NCBI GenBank assembly: GCA_033763905.1
Contig: JANRJP010000072.1
Coordinates: 1 to 64,000, forward strand
Reading direction: 5' to 3'
DNA from: Gemmatimonadaceae bacterium
GTDB taxonomy: Bacteria; Gemmatimonadota; Gemmatimonadetes; Gemmatimonadales; Gemmatimonadaceae
DNA: 64,000 nucleotides
Both the position numbers and the translations under genes were made by a program. Positions 19,304 through 28,496 of the stretch are shown one piece after another. The notes beneath the pieces were generated by a model. The model did not search any database. It saw nothing but the letters and a program-made list of their open reading frames with translations, and had not been told where the DNA came from. Every line of letters begins with the position of its first letter. Positions within the stretch are counted from its first letter, which is position 1.

Positions 19304-19792
19304 ATGCGCGCCCTTCGCGTTCTCCCGCTGCTGCTGTTCGCCGTCGCCACTCCCCTTGCGGCGCAGTCTGCGCCTGCCACCGCCGAATGCGCCCAGCAGT
19401 TCCTCGGCGAGCCACCGGGCCCATCATTGGAACAGCTCCAACGGTGGACTCGCCTCTACTACCCTGACCTCGCCGCAAAGGCCGCCGCCCCGGCGCGACT
19501 CGTCGTGGGTTTCGTGCTCGATGATCAGTGCCGTGTGCTGCGACACTCCGTTGGCACCTTCTCGTCTGACGCCTCGGCCGACGTCGACGACATCGTCCGC
19601 GCGCTTTTTCCTGGCGCGACGCAGCCCGGAATGCCCACCGGCATTGGCGACGCCGTGCCGCGCGAAGACCAGCGACCGTGGCGGACAAGACTGGCCGTGG
19701 TGTGGCACGTGCAGATCAGCAATGCTCGGCGCGAGCAGATGCGGCGCGAGCGCCTCCGGCTGCGCGCGTTGACGACCCCCGGTGCTCGCTAA
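19304..19792 (+). CDS. Hypothetical exported protein
   Basis: Clear signal peptide MRALRVLPLLLFAVATPLAA-Q. Confidence 0.65.
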   Translation: MRALRVLPLLLFAVATPLAAQSAPATAECAQQFLGEPPGPSLEQLQRWTRLYYPDLAAKAAAPARLVVGFVLDDQCRVLRHSVGTFSSDASADVDDIVRALFPGATQPGMPTGIGDAVPREDQRPWRTRLAVVWHVQISNARREQMRRERLRLRALTTPGAR

Positions 19793-19805
19793 CTAGCTTC
19801 CACAG

Positions 19806-20063
19806 GTGCGCCACTACCTGCGGTCCTGGTGGGTCCGGATTGGACTGGCGATGCTGGTGCTCGGCACTGGGCCCCTCGCCAGTGTGATGCTGGCGGCCAA
19901 ACTGGGATTTCTGAGCGACCCCAATCCCAACCCGGTGTACCACGGAATGCTCGCCGGCCTCACATTTTGGCCCAGCATCATCCTGATCGGGATCGGCGTG
20001 AGAGGGGTTAAGAAGTCCCGATTGCACCGAAACGAGACAGCCGCCCCGAAACGGGGCGCCTGA
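19806..20063 (+). CDS. Small two-TM membrane protein
   Basis: Two hydrophobic helices flanking DPNPNPV; TAGCTT box 6 nt before GTG. Confidence 0.7.
   Translation: MRHYLRSWWVRIGLAMLVLGTGPLASVMLAAKLGFLSDPNPNPVYHGMLAGLTFWPSIILIGIGVRGVKKSRLHRNETAAPKRGA
20023..20058. promoter_or_regulatory. Candidate tandem upstream activator sites for a sigma-54 enhancer-binding protein
   Basis: Two 17-bp elements TGCACCG-AAA-CGAGACA (20023-20039) and CGCCCCG-AAA-CGGGGCG (20042-20058), about 80-110 bp upstream of the -24 box. Confidence 0.5.
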
Positions 20064-20089
20064 ACGAAGTCAAACCAACAGCAATTAGC

Positions 20090-20134
20090 CGCCCAAGTCA
20101 TTGTCCTACAATGCCTTGGGCGTTTTTGCTTTTC
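20090..20134 (+). terminator. Long inverted repeat plus T-tract (intrinsic terminator, or paired IHF-like sites)
   Basis: CGCCCAAGTCATTGT-CCT-ACAATGCCTTGGGCG (one mismatch) followed by TTTTTGCTTTTC. Confidence 0.5.
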
Positions 20135-20150
20135 TGGCATCGGCGTTGCT
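20135..20150 (+). promoter_or_regulatory. Sigma-54 (RpoN) -24/-12 promoter
   Basis: TGGCAT-CGGCG-TTGCT matches TGGCAC-N5-TTGCW with exact spacing. Confidence 0.85.
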
Positions 20151-20207
20151 CAGTCATCCGGTGTGCGAACCACCCCACTGATGTCCAACCAACCGGAGAT
20201 GCCTCCT

Positions 20208-21335
20208 ATGAAGCTCCACTATCCCTCGCTCCTCTTCAGCGCCGCGGCGCTGATGGCCACCGAAGGCTGCTCTGACGGCACGGGCCCCGCCCCGGTCGCG
20301 TCGACGCCGCCGCGCGTGGAGTCGTTTGGCCCGCTCTCGGCTTCGGTCGTTGCGCAGTCCGTCGGACCGTTCGCGCAGACCGCCGCGCCGGCGGCCGCGC
20401 CGTCAACCGCGCCGCTGACGATCGATAGCGCCAGCGCCCGCGTGCGGGCCATTCTGCCGGGCGCCACCATCGTCGGGGCCAAGGTCGATGACGAGCGCTC
20501 GCTGCCGACCTGGAAGGTCGATGCCCGTCTTGCGAGCGGTGCCCGCGTCGAGTTCGAACTCCTGCAGTCGAATGGTCTCGTCGTCACCGTCGAGGGAAAG
20601 ATCGGCCCGTACGACTACGACCTGAATCCCGGGAGCGAGATCCTGACCTTTGCGGCAGCACGCACGGCGGCGCTGGGCGCGCAGGCCGGCACGGTGATCC
20701 AGTGGGAACTGGAGCTCGAAGAAAACAACCGCTGGGAGTACGAGTTCTACATCCGCGACGCGCAGGGCGCGATCTGGGAAGTGGAGCTCGACGCCAAGAC
20801 GGGGCGCGTCCTCGAGCGCAAGAGCAAGCGCGGGTCGGGACGTGACTCGGCCGGTGACAAGGGCGATGACGACGACGACACGCTGTCGATCGGCGCGATG
20901 CCTGACTCGATCCGTCAGCGGGTGGCGGGTATGGTGACCGGCGCCACGCTCCGCCAGGTCGAGAGCGAGCGCGACAATGACGTGCACGTCTGGGAGCTCG
21001 AGTTCCAGAGCGCGCTGGGCAAGAAGATCGAGATCAAGGTGCTCGTGGCCGACGGGACGCTGTTTGAAGTCGAAGGCGATGACGCGCCTGGGACGGCGAA
21101 CGTGGCGCCGGGGAACGGCTTGATCGACCTCACCACCGCCCTTGGCCTCGCCACGGCCGCACAGGCCGGCGTCGTCGACGAGTGGGAGCTGTCGCGCAAC
21201 GCCGAGAACCGCTTCGAGTGGCGCTTCTACATCGAGGCAGCGAACGGCGGCGCCTTCATCGTCCGCATCGACGCGGCAACACGTGCGGTCACCGTCATCC
21301 GCGATGATGACGATGACGACGACAACGACGATTGA
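20208..21335 (+). CDS. Multi-PepSY-domain putative lipoprotein with poly-Asp tracts
   Basis: GGAG RBS before ATG 20208; leader ending GC-SDG; WELE...YEF...EVELDAKTGRV PepSY pattern; internal duplication; DDDDD linker and C-terminus. Confidence 0.8.
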   Translation: MKLHYPSLLFSAAALMATEGCSDGTGPAPVASTPPRVESFGPLSASVVAQSVGPFAQTAAPAAAPSTAPLTIDSASARVRAILPGATIVGAKVDDERSLPTWKVDARLASGARVEFELLQSNGLVVTVEGKIGPYDYDLNPGSEILTFAAARTAALGAQAGTVIQWELELEENNRWEYEFYIRDAQGAIWEVELDAKTGRVLERKSKRGSGRDSAGDKGDDDDDTLSIGAMPDSIRQRVAGMVTGATLRQVESERDNDVHVWELEFQSALGKKIEIKVLVADGTLFEVEGDDAPGTANVAPGNGLIDLTTALGLATAAQAGVVDEWELSRNAENRFEWRFYIEAANGGAFIVRIDAATRAVTVIRDDDDDDDNDD

Positions 21336-21414
21336 TTCCCGCATCGAACCGGTGGCCGCGATCCTCGCGGCCGCCGGCGCGGTGCCTCTGGCCTTTCTGC
21401 TGTAACTTCCCCCT

Positions 21415-22776
21415 GTGCTTCCGTTGACCGTGGTACTGCTTTCCGATTCGATGGCTAGTGCCTGGCCCCCGCTGGCTGATGCCGCGGGGGTGCCGCTGCG
21501 GGTGGTGGAGGACGTCGCCGCCGTCGGTGAGGAGCCATCGATCGCGGTACTACTCGCCGGAGCCGGGGCCGAGGCGTCGCTCAGCGATGCCGCGCGGCAG
21601 CTCGGGTCGGCGCGTACACCGCTGGCCGCCATCGGATCGCTGCCGGACCACCGGCTGGCCGCCGCGGTCGTCCGGGCTGGCGCACAGGAGTACTTCGCAC
21701 TCCCCGGCGACTTGGGTGCGCTGGAATCGTGGGTGCGCGAGCGCGCGACCGCCGCGACGCAGCGCGTCTCTGGTCAGCAGTATCTGATCGCCGAAGCCGA
21801 CAAAGTCACCTTCGACGGCATTCTTGGCGACTCTGCCGCCCTGCGCGCAGCATTGGCGCGGGCCTCGCGCGTGATGAAGCACGGCGCGGTGACCGTGCTG
21901 CTTACCGGAGAAACCGGCACCGGCAAGGAGTTGCTTGCCCGCGCCATTCACGCGGGCGGCCCGCGTCGTGGGGCCCCGTTCGTCGACGTGAATTGCGCGG
22001 CCATTCCGGAAGCGCTGCTCGAAAGCGAACTGTTCGGCCACGAAAAGGGGGCGTTCACCTCGGCCACCGCCGCCAAGCCCGGGCTGTTCGAGGTCGCCGA
22101 TGGTGGCACCGTCTTTCTCGACGAGATCGGCCACCTGCCGCTGTCACTGCAGGGCAAGCTGCTGCGGGCCCTGCAGGAGCGTGAGATCCGCCGCGTCGGT
22201 GCGACGCGCACGCTGACGATCGACGTCCGGGTGATCGCGGCGACGCACGTGGACCTGGCGCAGGCGTCGAAGCGCGGGGAGTTCCGCGAGGACCTCTACT
22301 ATCGGCTCAACGTCGTGCCGATCGAGTTGCCCCCGTTGCGCGCGCGCGGCCACGATGCCGTGCTGCTGGCGCGGGCCTTCCTGGCCCGCTTCGCCGACGA
22401 GTACGGACTGAACGGCGCGCGACTGGCCCCGACGGCGGAACAGGCGATTCTCGCGCACGCGTGGCCGGGCAACATTCGCGAACTCCGCAACACGCTGGAG
22501 CGGGCCGTGCTCTTGGCTGATCAGGCCGAGCTCGACGCGGCGGCGCTGTTCCCCGAGGGGGTGCGCGTCGGCGCACCAGCTGCGGGTGACGGGATGCTCC
22601 CCTTCCCCGCCGCGATGGACGACATCGAAGCCGCCGCCGTGCGCGCGATGCTCGCCCTCTGCAGCGGCAACAAGAGCGAAGCCGCGCGTCGGCTTCGCAT
22701 TTCCCGAATGCGACTGCTCCGCCTGCTCGGCGACAGCGCACCTTCCGATGAATCGACCGAGTCTCTCGATGCGTAA
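21415..22776 (+). CDS. Sigma-54-dependent enhancer-binding protein (AAA+, Fis HTH) with degenerate receiver-like N-terminus
   Basis: [62 protein letters not shown]. Confidence 0.93.
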   Translation: MLPLTVVLLSDSMASAWPPLADAAGVPLRVVEDVAAVGEEPSIAVLLAGAGAEASLSDAARQLGSARTPLAAIGSLPDHRLAAAVVRAGAQEYFALPGDLGALESWVRERATAATQRVSGQQYLIAEADKVTFDGILGDSAALRAALARASRVMKHGAVTVLLTGETGTGKELLARAIHAGGPRRGAPFVDVNCAAIPEALLESELFGHEKGAFTSATAAKPGLFEVADGGTVFLDEIGHLPLSLQGKLLRALQEREIRRVGATRTLTIDVRVIAATHVDLAQASKRGEFREDLYYRLNVVPIELPPLRARGHDAVLLARAFLARFADEYGLNGARLAPTAEQAILAHAWPGNIRELRNTLERAVLLADQAELDAAALFPEGVRVGAPAAGDGMLPFPAAMDDIEAAAVRAMLALCSGNKSEAARRLRISRMRLLRLLGDSAPSDESTESLDA

Positions 22777-23392
22777 TTCCCGCGTGTTTTCCTGGGCCCT
22801 GTTGGCGGTGCCGGCCGCGGTCCTTCTGGCCTGTTCCGATGGCACAGCGCCGGCCGATCCGACCGTACGTCCGCCGGACGCCTTCCGTGCGGTGGCGCTT
22901 CGTGCCGGCGCGCCGGTGCTCGCACAGCGCACGGTGAGCTTCTGGGCCCGCTACGACCAGGATCGGCAGGTCTCGATCTACTTCCGGCCCGCCGCGGGCA
23001 GCACCGACTCGACGGAATACCTGGAGTTCGAGGTCCCCGCCGGTTCACTGCTGCGCGACGCGTCAGGCCGCACCTTCAGTGGTTCGGACTCGGTGCGGAT
23101 CACGATCACCATTCCAGACAGCGGCGTCTTCGCGGCGAACTTCGAGCCGTCTGGGCTTCGCTTCAATCCCCTGCGTCCCGCCAAACTCAAGTTCGAACTC
23201 GCCGAGCGCGATGACGATCTCGATCGCGATGGCGACGATGACGATGACGTCGGCCAGTTGACGAAGTTGTCGCTCTGGCGTCAGGAACGGCCCGGGTCGA
23301 TCTGGGAGAAGATCGCCAGCGTCGTCATTGAAGGACTCGAAGAGATCGAAGCCGAGATCACCGGCTTCACTGGCTACGCCGTCGCCATCTGA
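22769..23392 (+). CDS. Hypothetical lipoprotein, ZU5-like beta domain with DxDxDG acidic loop
   Basis: Lipobox [40 protein letters not shown]; overlaps the EBP stop by 8 nt. Confidence 0.7.
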   Translation: MRNSRVFSWALLAVPAAVLLACSDGTAPADPTVRPPDAFRAVALRAGAPVLAQRTVSFWARYDQDRQVSIYFRPAAGSTDSTEYLEFEVPAGSLLRDASGRTFSGSDSVRITITIPDSGVFAANFEPSGLRFNPLRPAKLKFELAERDDDLDRDGDDDDDVGQLTKLSLWRQERPGSIWEKIASVVIEGLEEIEAEITGFTGYAVAI

Positions 23393-23411
23393 CCTCGCAC
23401 GCGACCGTCTC

Positions 23412-24416
23412 GTGAACCTCCTCCCTCTCCCCGAACTGCTGCGCGTGGCGCGCCTGGCGGCTGGCCGTCAGGCGTGGGGAGAGGTGCGTGCGTTGCTCGC
23501 GCCGGCGCTGGAGCTGGTGCGCAGTTCCCCCGAGCTCACGGTGCTGCTGGCGGAGGCCGAGTACCGCGGCAACCGGCCGAACGACGCTGCCGCGTTGGCG
23601 GCCACCGTCGACGCCCTGCCGGCCGGCAGCGCGCCCGATGCCATTCGGAGCCGCGCCGCGAACGTCGTTGGCGCCGCCGCGTTCACGATGGGCCGACTGG
23701 CCGATGCCGAGGGCGCGTTCACCCGCGCGCTCGAGCGTGGCCGGCAGGCGGAGGATGATCTGGTCGCCGCCAAGGCGTGCAACAACCTCGGCAACGTGCT
23801 GAGCGTCCGCGGCGATGTCGACGGCGCGCTCGCGCGGTATCGCCTCGCGATTCCCCTGTATCAGCGGGTGGGCCAGCCGCGGGGGCTGGCCGAGTGCTAT
23901 CACAATATGGCCATCGTGTCCCGCGGGCAGCGTCGCTGGGATGAAGCCGACGATTTCGAGCGCCGCGCGATCGACTTCGCACGACAGGCCAATGACGCGC
24001 GGCTCTTGGCAATGGCGTTGGTCGGCCGTGCCGAGGTGGCCTTGGCCAGCGGCGACGCTGCCCCCGCCGCCATTCTCGCCGCCCGCGCCGCCGATTCGCT
24101 GCGCGATCTGGACGACACGGCAATGGAAGCCGACGCGCGTCGACTGATTGGCGAAGCCGAGACGGCGCGTGGCCAGTTCGACGCGGCGGCGACCGCACTG
24201 CTGTTGGCGCACAATCTCGCTCGACGCGCGGGCGATGCGTTGATTGCGGCCGAGTGCACCGAAGGGCTCGCCAAGTTGGCGGCCGTGCGTGGCGACGCTG
24301 ACGCGGCGACGCGCCTCGGCACCGAGGCCGTCGCCGCCTACCGGGCGATCGGTTCGCCGACCGCCGTACAGCGCGCCGAGGCCTTGTTGACTCGCCTCGG
24401 CTTGCCGCCGCGCTGA
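23412..24416 (+). CDS. Tetratricopeptide-repeat protein, cytoplasmic
   Basis: AKACNNLGNV..GDVDGALARY, LAECYHNMA repeats; no signal peptide; start GTG 23412. Confidence 0.85.
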   Translation: MNLLPLPELLRVARLAAGRQAWGEVRALLAPALELVRSSPELTVLLAEAEYRGNRPNDAAALAATVDALPAGSAPDAIRSRAANVVGAAAFTMGRLADAEGAFTRALERGRQAEDDLVAAKACNNLGNVLSVRGDVDGALARYRLAIPLYQRVGQPRGLAECYHNMAIVSRGQRRWDEADDFERRAIDFARQANDARLLAMALVGRAEVALASGDAAPAAILAARAADSLRDLDDTAMEADARRLIGEAETARGQFDAAATALLLAHNLARRAGDALIAAECTEGLAKLAAVRGDADAATRLGTEAVAAYRAIGSPTAVQRAEALLTRLGLPPR

Positions 24417-24426
24417 CCGCGCGTCG

Positions 24427-26106
24427 CTATCGACGCCGAGTGGGTGTGGGGAGCGGACCGAGCAGCCGTTGTACGGGATGCGGTTGCCCGACCCGCAGCG
24501 ACGCATCGAACACATTCCACGTCGTCAGCCCGTCATCGCTCTCGGGCTCGAGCAACACGGCGGCGAGCGCTGCCGCCGGTTGCGCCGCCGGGACGATCCA
24601 CGCGCCCACCTCGACCGTGGTCCGCTCTTCGACCCAGCGGCCGTCGAGCAGCACTTCGCGATGCCGCTGGAACACGCGCGCACTCCGGGCGATCGAATCG
24701 ACCACGAAGGACTCGAGCGTGGTGCCAAACGCGCGTCGCACCGGCGACACCACAATCCCGTGCGCGACGAGCCGCTGCACCACCGAATCACTGCCCGCGG
24801 GCAACAGCCAGGCGGTCGGCAGCGCACGCGTCCGGGTCGCGTCGAAGCGATCGTAGACCGGCATCGTGACCGGCGTGATCACGCCCGACCGACGCAAGCC
24901 CGGGCGGAGACCGGCTTCGTAGCGGATCGAGTCGCCCGTACGCACCAGCGTCTCCACCAGCACCGGCGCGTCAAACGGTGTGCGCGTCAGGGTCGCGCGC
25001 AGGGGCACTTCCGTTGCCGTCGGCGGGCCCTGGCGTCCGCGCACGCGGGCCAGCACCACCCGGCGCTCCGCGGCCACCGCCGAGAGTAGCTCCTGAACGA
25101 ACGCTCGCGTCGACGCCACACGCCGCTCGAACGGATCGTGCGAGTAGGCTTCGCTGAGCACACTCACCATCCCGCGAAGCCCAGCGTAGTTGGTTCCGAA
25201 GCGCGGCCCGTGCTCGTAGGTCTCCCAGCCGCCCTTCACCGCGCTCGTGGGATCATCGCGCGTGCCGTTGACCCCACGGAAGTTGCCGTAGTCGAAGGTG
25301 GCGAACCCGTGCCGCGCTTGCATCCGGTCGCGCAGCAGCGGCAACAGGGTATCGCGCGTCCACGGGCCGGCCGGCGCGAGCGCGGCGCGCATCGCCGCCG
25401 GATGCAACGACGGCGCGTAGGTGAGCGCGTAGCCGTGGTACGAACCGTTGGTCGTGTGCAGATCCACGAAGACATCCGGCGTCCACGCGGCCAGCATCGC
25501 GAGCGTTCCGCGGGTCTCGGGGGCTTCCGCCTTGAGGTAGTCGCGATTCAGGTCCAGCGTGTCCGCATTCGGTCGTTGCCCGACCACCGCAGGTCCATTC
25601 TGCGCGCCGCGCTGCTGTTCCTGCGGCCCCCACTTCTCGTTGCCATCCGCGTTGTAGATCGGCACGACGATGAGCACCAGCGAGTCGAGCACGTTCGGGC
25701 GTGTCTCGAGCAGCAGGTCACGCAGCAGCGCCTGCATCGCCTCCTTGCCTTCGATTTCCCCGGCGTGGATGTTCGCCTGCACGTACACGACCGGCCGACC
25801 GCTGCGCCGAGCCGCCGCGGGAGACGTGATCCGCGGGCGCGAGGCCACAACAAACGGAATACGGCGGCCTTCTACCGTGACGCCAATCGCCCCGCGGTAC
25901 AGCCGGCCGGGGGCGCGGCGGTCGAGCGAATCGAGGAAGCCGATGACGTCGGCGTAACTGGATGTCTCGGTGTATGCGGAACGCTCAGCGCGCGTCGTCT
26001 GCGCGTGCAGCGACGTGCCGAGCACGACAGCGAGCGGAGTGCCAAGGGACGCGAGGGTCCGAACGACGCGGCGCAGCGCGGGAGGCACGACGAGACAAAG
26101 AGTCAT
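24427..26106 (-). CDS. M14 zinc carboxypeptidase family protein, exported
   Basis: NIHAGEIEGKE, NADGNE, DLNRD, VDLHTTNGS. Confidence 0.9.
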   Translation of the reverse strand: MTLCLVVPPALRRVVRTLASLGTPLAVVLGTSLHAQTTRAERSAYTETSSYADVIGFLDSLDRRAPGRLYRGAIGVTVEGRRIPFVVASRPRITSPAAARRSGRPVVYVQANIHAGEIEGKEAMQALLRDLLLETRPNVLDSLVLIVVPIYNADGNEKWGPQEQQRGAQNGPAVVGQRPNADTLDLNRDYLKAEAPETRGTLAMLAAWTPDVFVDLHTTNGSYHGYALTYAPSLHPAAMRAALAPAGPWTRDTLLPLLRDRMQARHGFATFDYGNFRGVNGTRDDPTSAVKGGWETYEHGPRFGTNYAGLRGMVSVLSEAYSHDPFERRVASTRAFVQELLSAVAAERRVVLARVRGRQGPPTATEVPLRATLTRTPFDAPVLVETLVRTGDSIRYEAGLRPGLRRSGVITPVTMPVYDRFDATRTRALPTAWLLPAGSDSVVQRLVAHGIVVSPVRRAFGTTLESFVVDSIARSARVFQRHREVLLDGRWVEERTTVEVGAWIVPAAQPAAALAAVLLEPESDDGLTTWNVFDASLRVGQPHPVQRLLGPLPTPTRRR

Positions 26107-26250
26107 CGCTCGAAGCTAGTGGACGCGCCGACGTCGCCCGAAGGGCTCGGCCGACTGAGGCGCAGACTGGATGGCGACATCGCTGGAGATTACATACCAG
26201 ATCGACGTCGTGCGCTCCCCCGCCGTACGGACCTGCGAGACAATGCTGCG

Positions 26251-28080
26251 ATGACCCCTGATCCTGCGTTGGTGCGTCGACCATCACGTCGCCCGTCGAT
26301 TCCACTGCGGACGCTGTGCAGCGGCGTCGCGTCGGTCATCCTCCTCGCGGCGTGTGGCGGCGAGTCGAACTCCGGTGCGCCACCGACGGGCCTGCCGCCC
26401 GTCGTCGTGGACTCCGCGAACCTCCGCCTCCTCGATGCGCAGTTCACGCAGGCGGTACAGAACACCACAGGCACGCTGCCCTTGGTGGAGGGTATGCCCG
26501 TCACCGTGAATGTGCTCGTGACGCGGGCCCGGGCATCGACCAGCCTTCGCGCACCTGTGGTGCTGACGCTGCGTCGTGGCACCACGCTCGTGCGGCGCGA
26601 CACCGCGTTCACGAGCGGCTCGCTGACGCCTTCGGCATCGCTCGCGGCGCCGCAGGTGCAGTTTCTCATCCCGGGATCGCAGGTCACCGGTGCGTTGACC
26701 TGGGAACTCGAACTGGATCCCGGCGCGACCGTGCCCGACTCGACGCGGACTGACAACCGGCTGCCAGCCAGCGGTGTCGGGGCGCTGAACGTCGTCCCAC
26801 TGCCCGGCCTGAGCGTGCGATTCGTGCCGATCGTGTTGTCGTCCCACGGCAACGCGACCGGCAACGTCAGTGCGGCCAATCTCGACGAGTACTTGCAGAC
26901 CGTGCGCTCGGTGCTGCCGACGGGTCCGCTCTCGGCCGAGGTGGGCCCACCAGTGATCGTGAGCCGCAGCTTCGGTTCTCCGCCGAACGGTGGAGCACCC
27001 GAGTTCTGGCTCGGGGCCCTGCAGGACTTGGACATCGCGCGAGTCGCCAGTGCGACGCCGTCGACGCACTGGTATGGCGTCGTGGCCCCGCCCTCGGGCT
27101 TCAACTTCGTCATCAATGGCGGCTACGCGTATGTGCCGGGCACGCCGACGGCGGCGGGGGCAGCGACGCGGACGGCGCTCGGTGTGCAGGTCGGGTGGTT
27201 CAATCGTCCCACGCAGGCGCGCGACCTCGTCGCGCACGAGCTGGCGCACAATTTCGGGCGCACCCACGCCCCCGCCTGTGGCGCCACCGGCACCGACCCA
27301 GGATTCCCTCAGCCGGACGGCACCATCGGTATCGTGGGACACGACGTCGCGAGCTGGGCGAGCTTGCGGACGAATGGCGCCGCACCGGTGGCCGCGAGCG
27401 CAGGCGACGTGATGGGCTACTGCTTTCCCGTGTGGGTCAGCCCGTACACGTGGGAGGCCGTGCGCACCTGGCGACGCGCCACGGCACCCGTGGCGCTGCG
27501 CGTCGATCCGGTGAGTGGCGATTCCGACGCGCCGCGTGTCCCTGCGCTGGTGATTGCCGGTCGTGTGCCGCCATCGGGTGACGTAATCGTGCAGCCTCCG
27601 CTCGAGCTGCCGGCGCGAGTGCCGTCGGTCCGCACCGACGCCGACATCACCGTGGAGTTGCTGGCTGCCGATGGCAGCGTGCGCGCGACTGCACGCGCAA
27701 CGTCCGCGCCTGTGGATCACGTCCCGGGCGAGCGCCACTTCATTGCCCTGTTCCCTGCCGACGCGGGCCGCGGGCCCGTGGACGTACGCGTCCGCACGTC
27801 CGGCGGTCGGAGCGGCCACTGGCGAGATCCGCTCGCGCGGCAGCTCATCTCGCCGCTATCGGCCGACACCGCTGCCCAGATCATCGCGCGCCGCCGCGCC
27901 GATGGGAGGACCGAGTTGACGAGCGTGCGCGGCCGACCGTTCACCGTGCGAGACCCCGACTCGGGATCGCTCATCGGCATCGCGTGGGACGGTCGGCTGA
28001 CCGTACCAGCGAGGCAGGCGTACGTCGTGGCGGTGAACGTCGGCGTGCGGAGCGTAACGCGAACGATCGTCCCACGCTAA
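26251..28080 (+). CDS. M66-like zinc metalloprotease lipoprotein
   Basis: LAAC lipobox; AHELAHNFGRTHAPCG zinc motif; DVMGYC Met-turn. Confidence 0.8.
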   Translation: MTPDPALVRRPSRRPSIPLRTLCSGVASVILLAACGGESNSGAPPTGLPPVVVDSANLRLLDAQFTQAVQNTTGTLPLVEGMPVTVNVLVTRARASTSLRAPVVLTLRRGTTLVRRDTAFTSGSLTPSASLAAPQVQFLIPGSQVTGALTWELELDPGATVPDSTRTDNRLPASGVGALNVVPLPGLSVRFVPIVLSSHGNATGNVSAANLDEYLQTVRSVLPTGPLSAEVGPPVIVSRSFGSPPNGGAPEFWLGALQDLDIARVASATPSTHWYGVVAPPSGFNFVINGGYAYVPGTPTAAGAATRTALGVQVGWFNRPTQARDLVAHELAHNFGRTHAPACGATGTDPGFPQPDGTIGIVGHDVASWASLRTNGAAPVAASAGDVMGYCFPVWVSPYTWEAVRTWRRATAPVALRVDPVSGDSDAPRVPALVIAGRVPPSGDVIVQPPLELPARVPSVRTDADITVELLAADGSVRATARATSAPVDHVPGERHFIALFPADAGRGPVDVRVRTSGGRSGHWRDPLARQLISPLSADTAAQIIARRRADGRTELTSVRGRPFTVRDPDSGSLIGIAWDGRLTVPARQAYVVAVNVGVRSVTRTIVPR

Positions 28081-28085
28081 GCGCG

Positions 28086-28496
28086 GTGTTGTGGCGCCTG
28101 CTGTTTCCGTCGTGGGCGTTCTTCGATCGGGTGGTCGCTGTGCCCGCGCTGGAAGTGCGCACCGTGGATCGCGTGGGCGACCGGACGCCGTGGCGCCCGG
28201 CGCTCCGTGCGCCATCTCGTGGCGTTCTGGCGCTCCTGTATCACCCGAAGGGGACCCTCCACCTCGCCCAGCAGGGCGTCGTCGATCGATTCGCCGCAGA
28301 GTGTGCGATGGACGAAGCGGACGAAACCACCACCGCGCTGGTCGCAGCACTCGCGCGCGTCGCCGTGGGCGATGCCGAGGGGGTCGCGTGGCAATGGCGC
28401 GTCGTGGAGTCGACGCCGTCCGCGATGGCACCAGCGCAGGTGGTGTTCTGCAGCGACGAGCTCCCCGTGCACGACACGCCGCCGGACGCCCGCTAA
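28086..28496 (+). CDS. Hypothetical protein, SdpA/DUF5819-like partner of an HTTM protein
   Basis: LLFPSWAFFD motif; TAATG coupling to the next gene. Confidence 0.6.
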   Translation: MLWRLLFPSWAFFDRVVAVPALEVRTVDRVGDRTPWRPALRAPSRGVLALLYHPKGTLHLAQQGVVDRFAAECAMDEADETTTALVAALARVAVGDAEGVAWQWRVVESTPSAMAPAQVVFCSDELPVHDTPPDAR

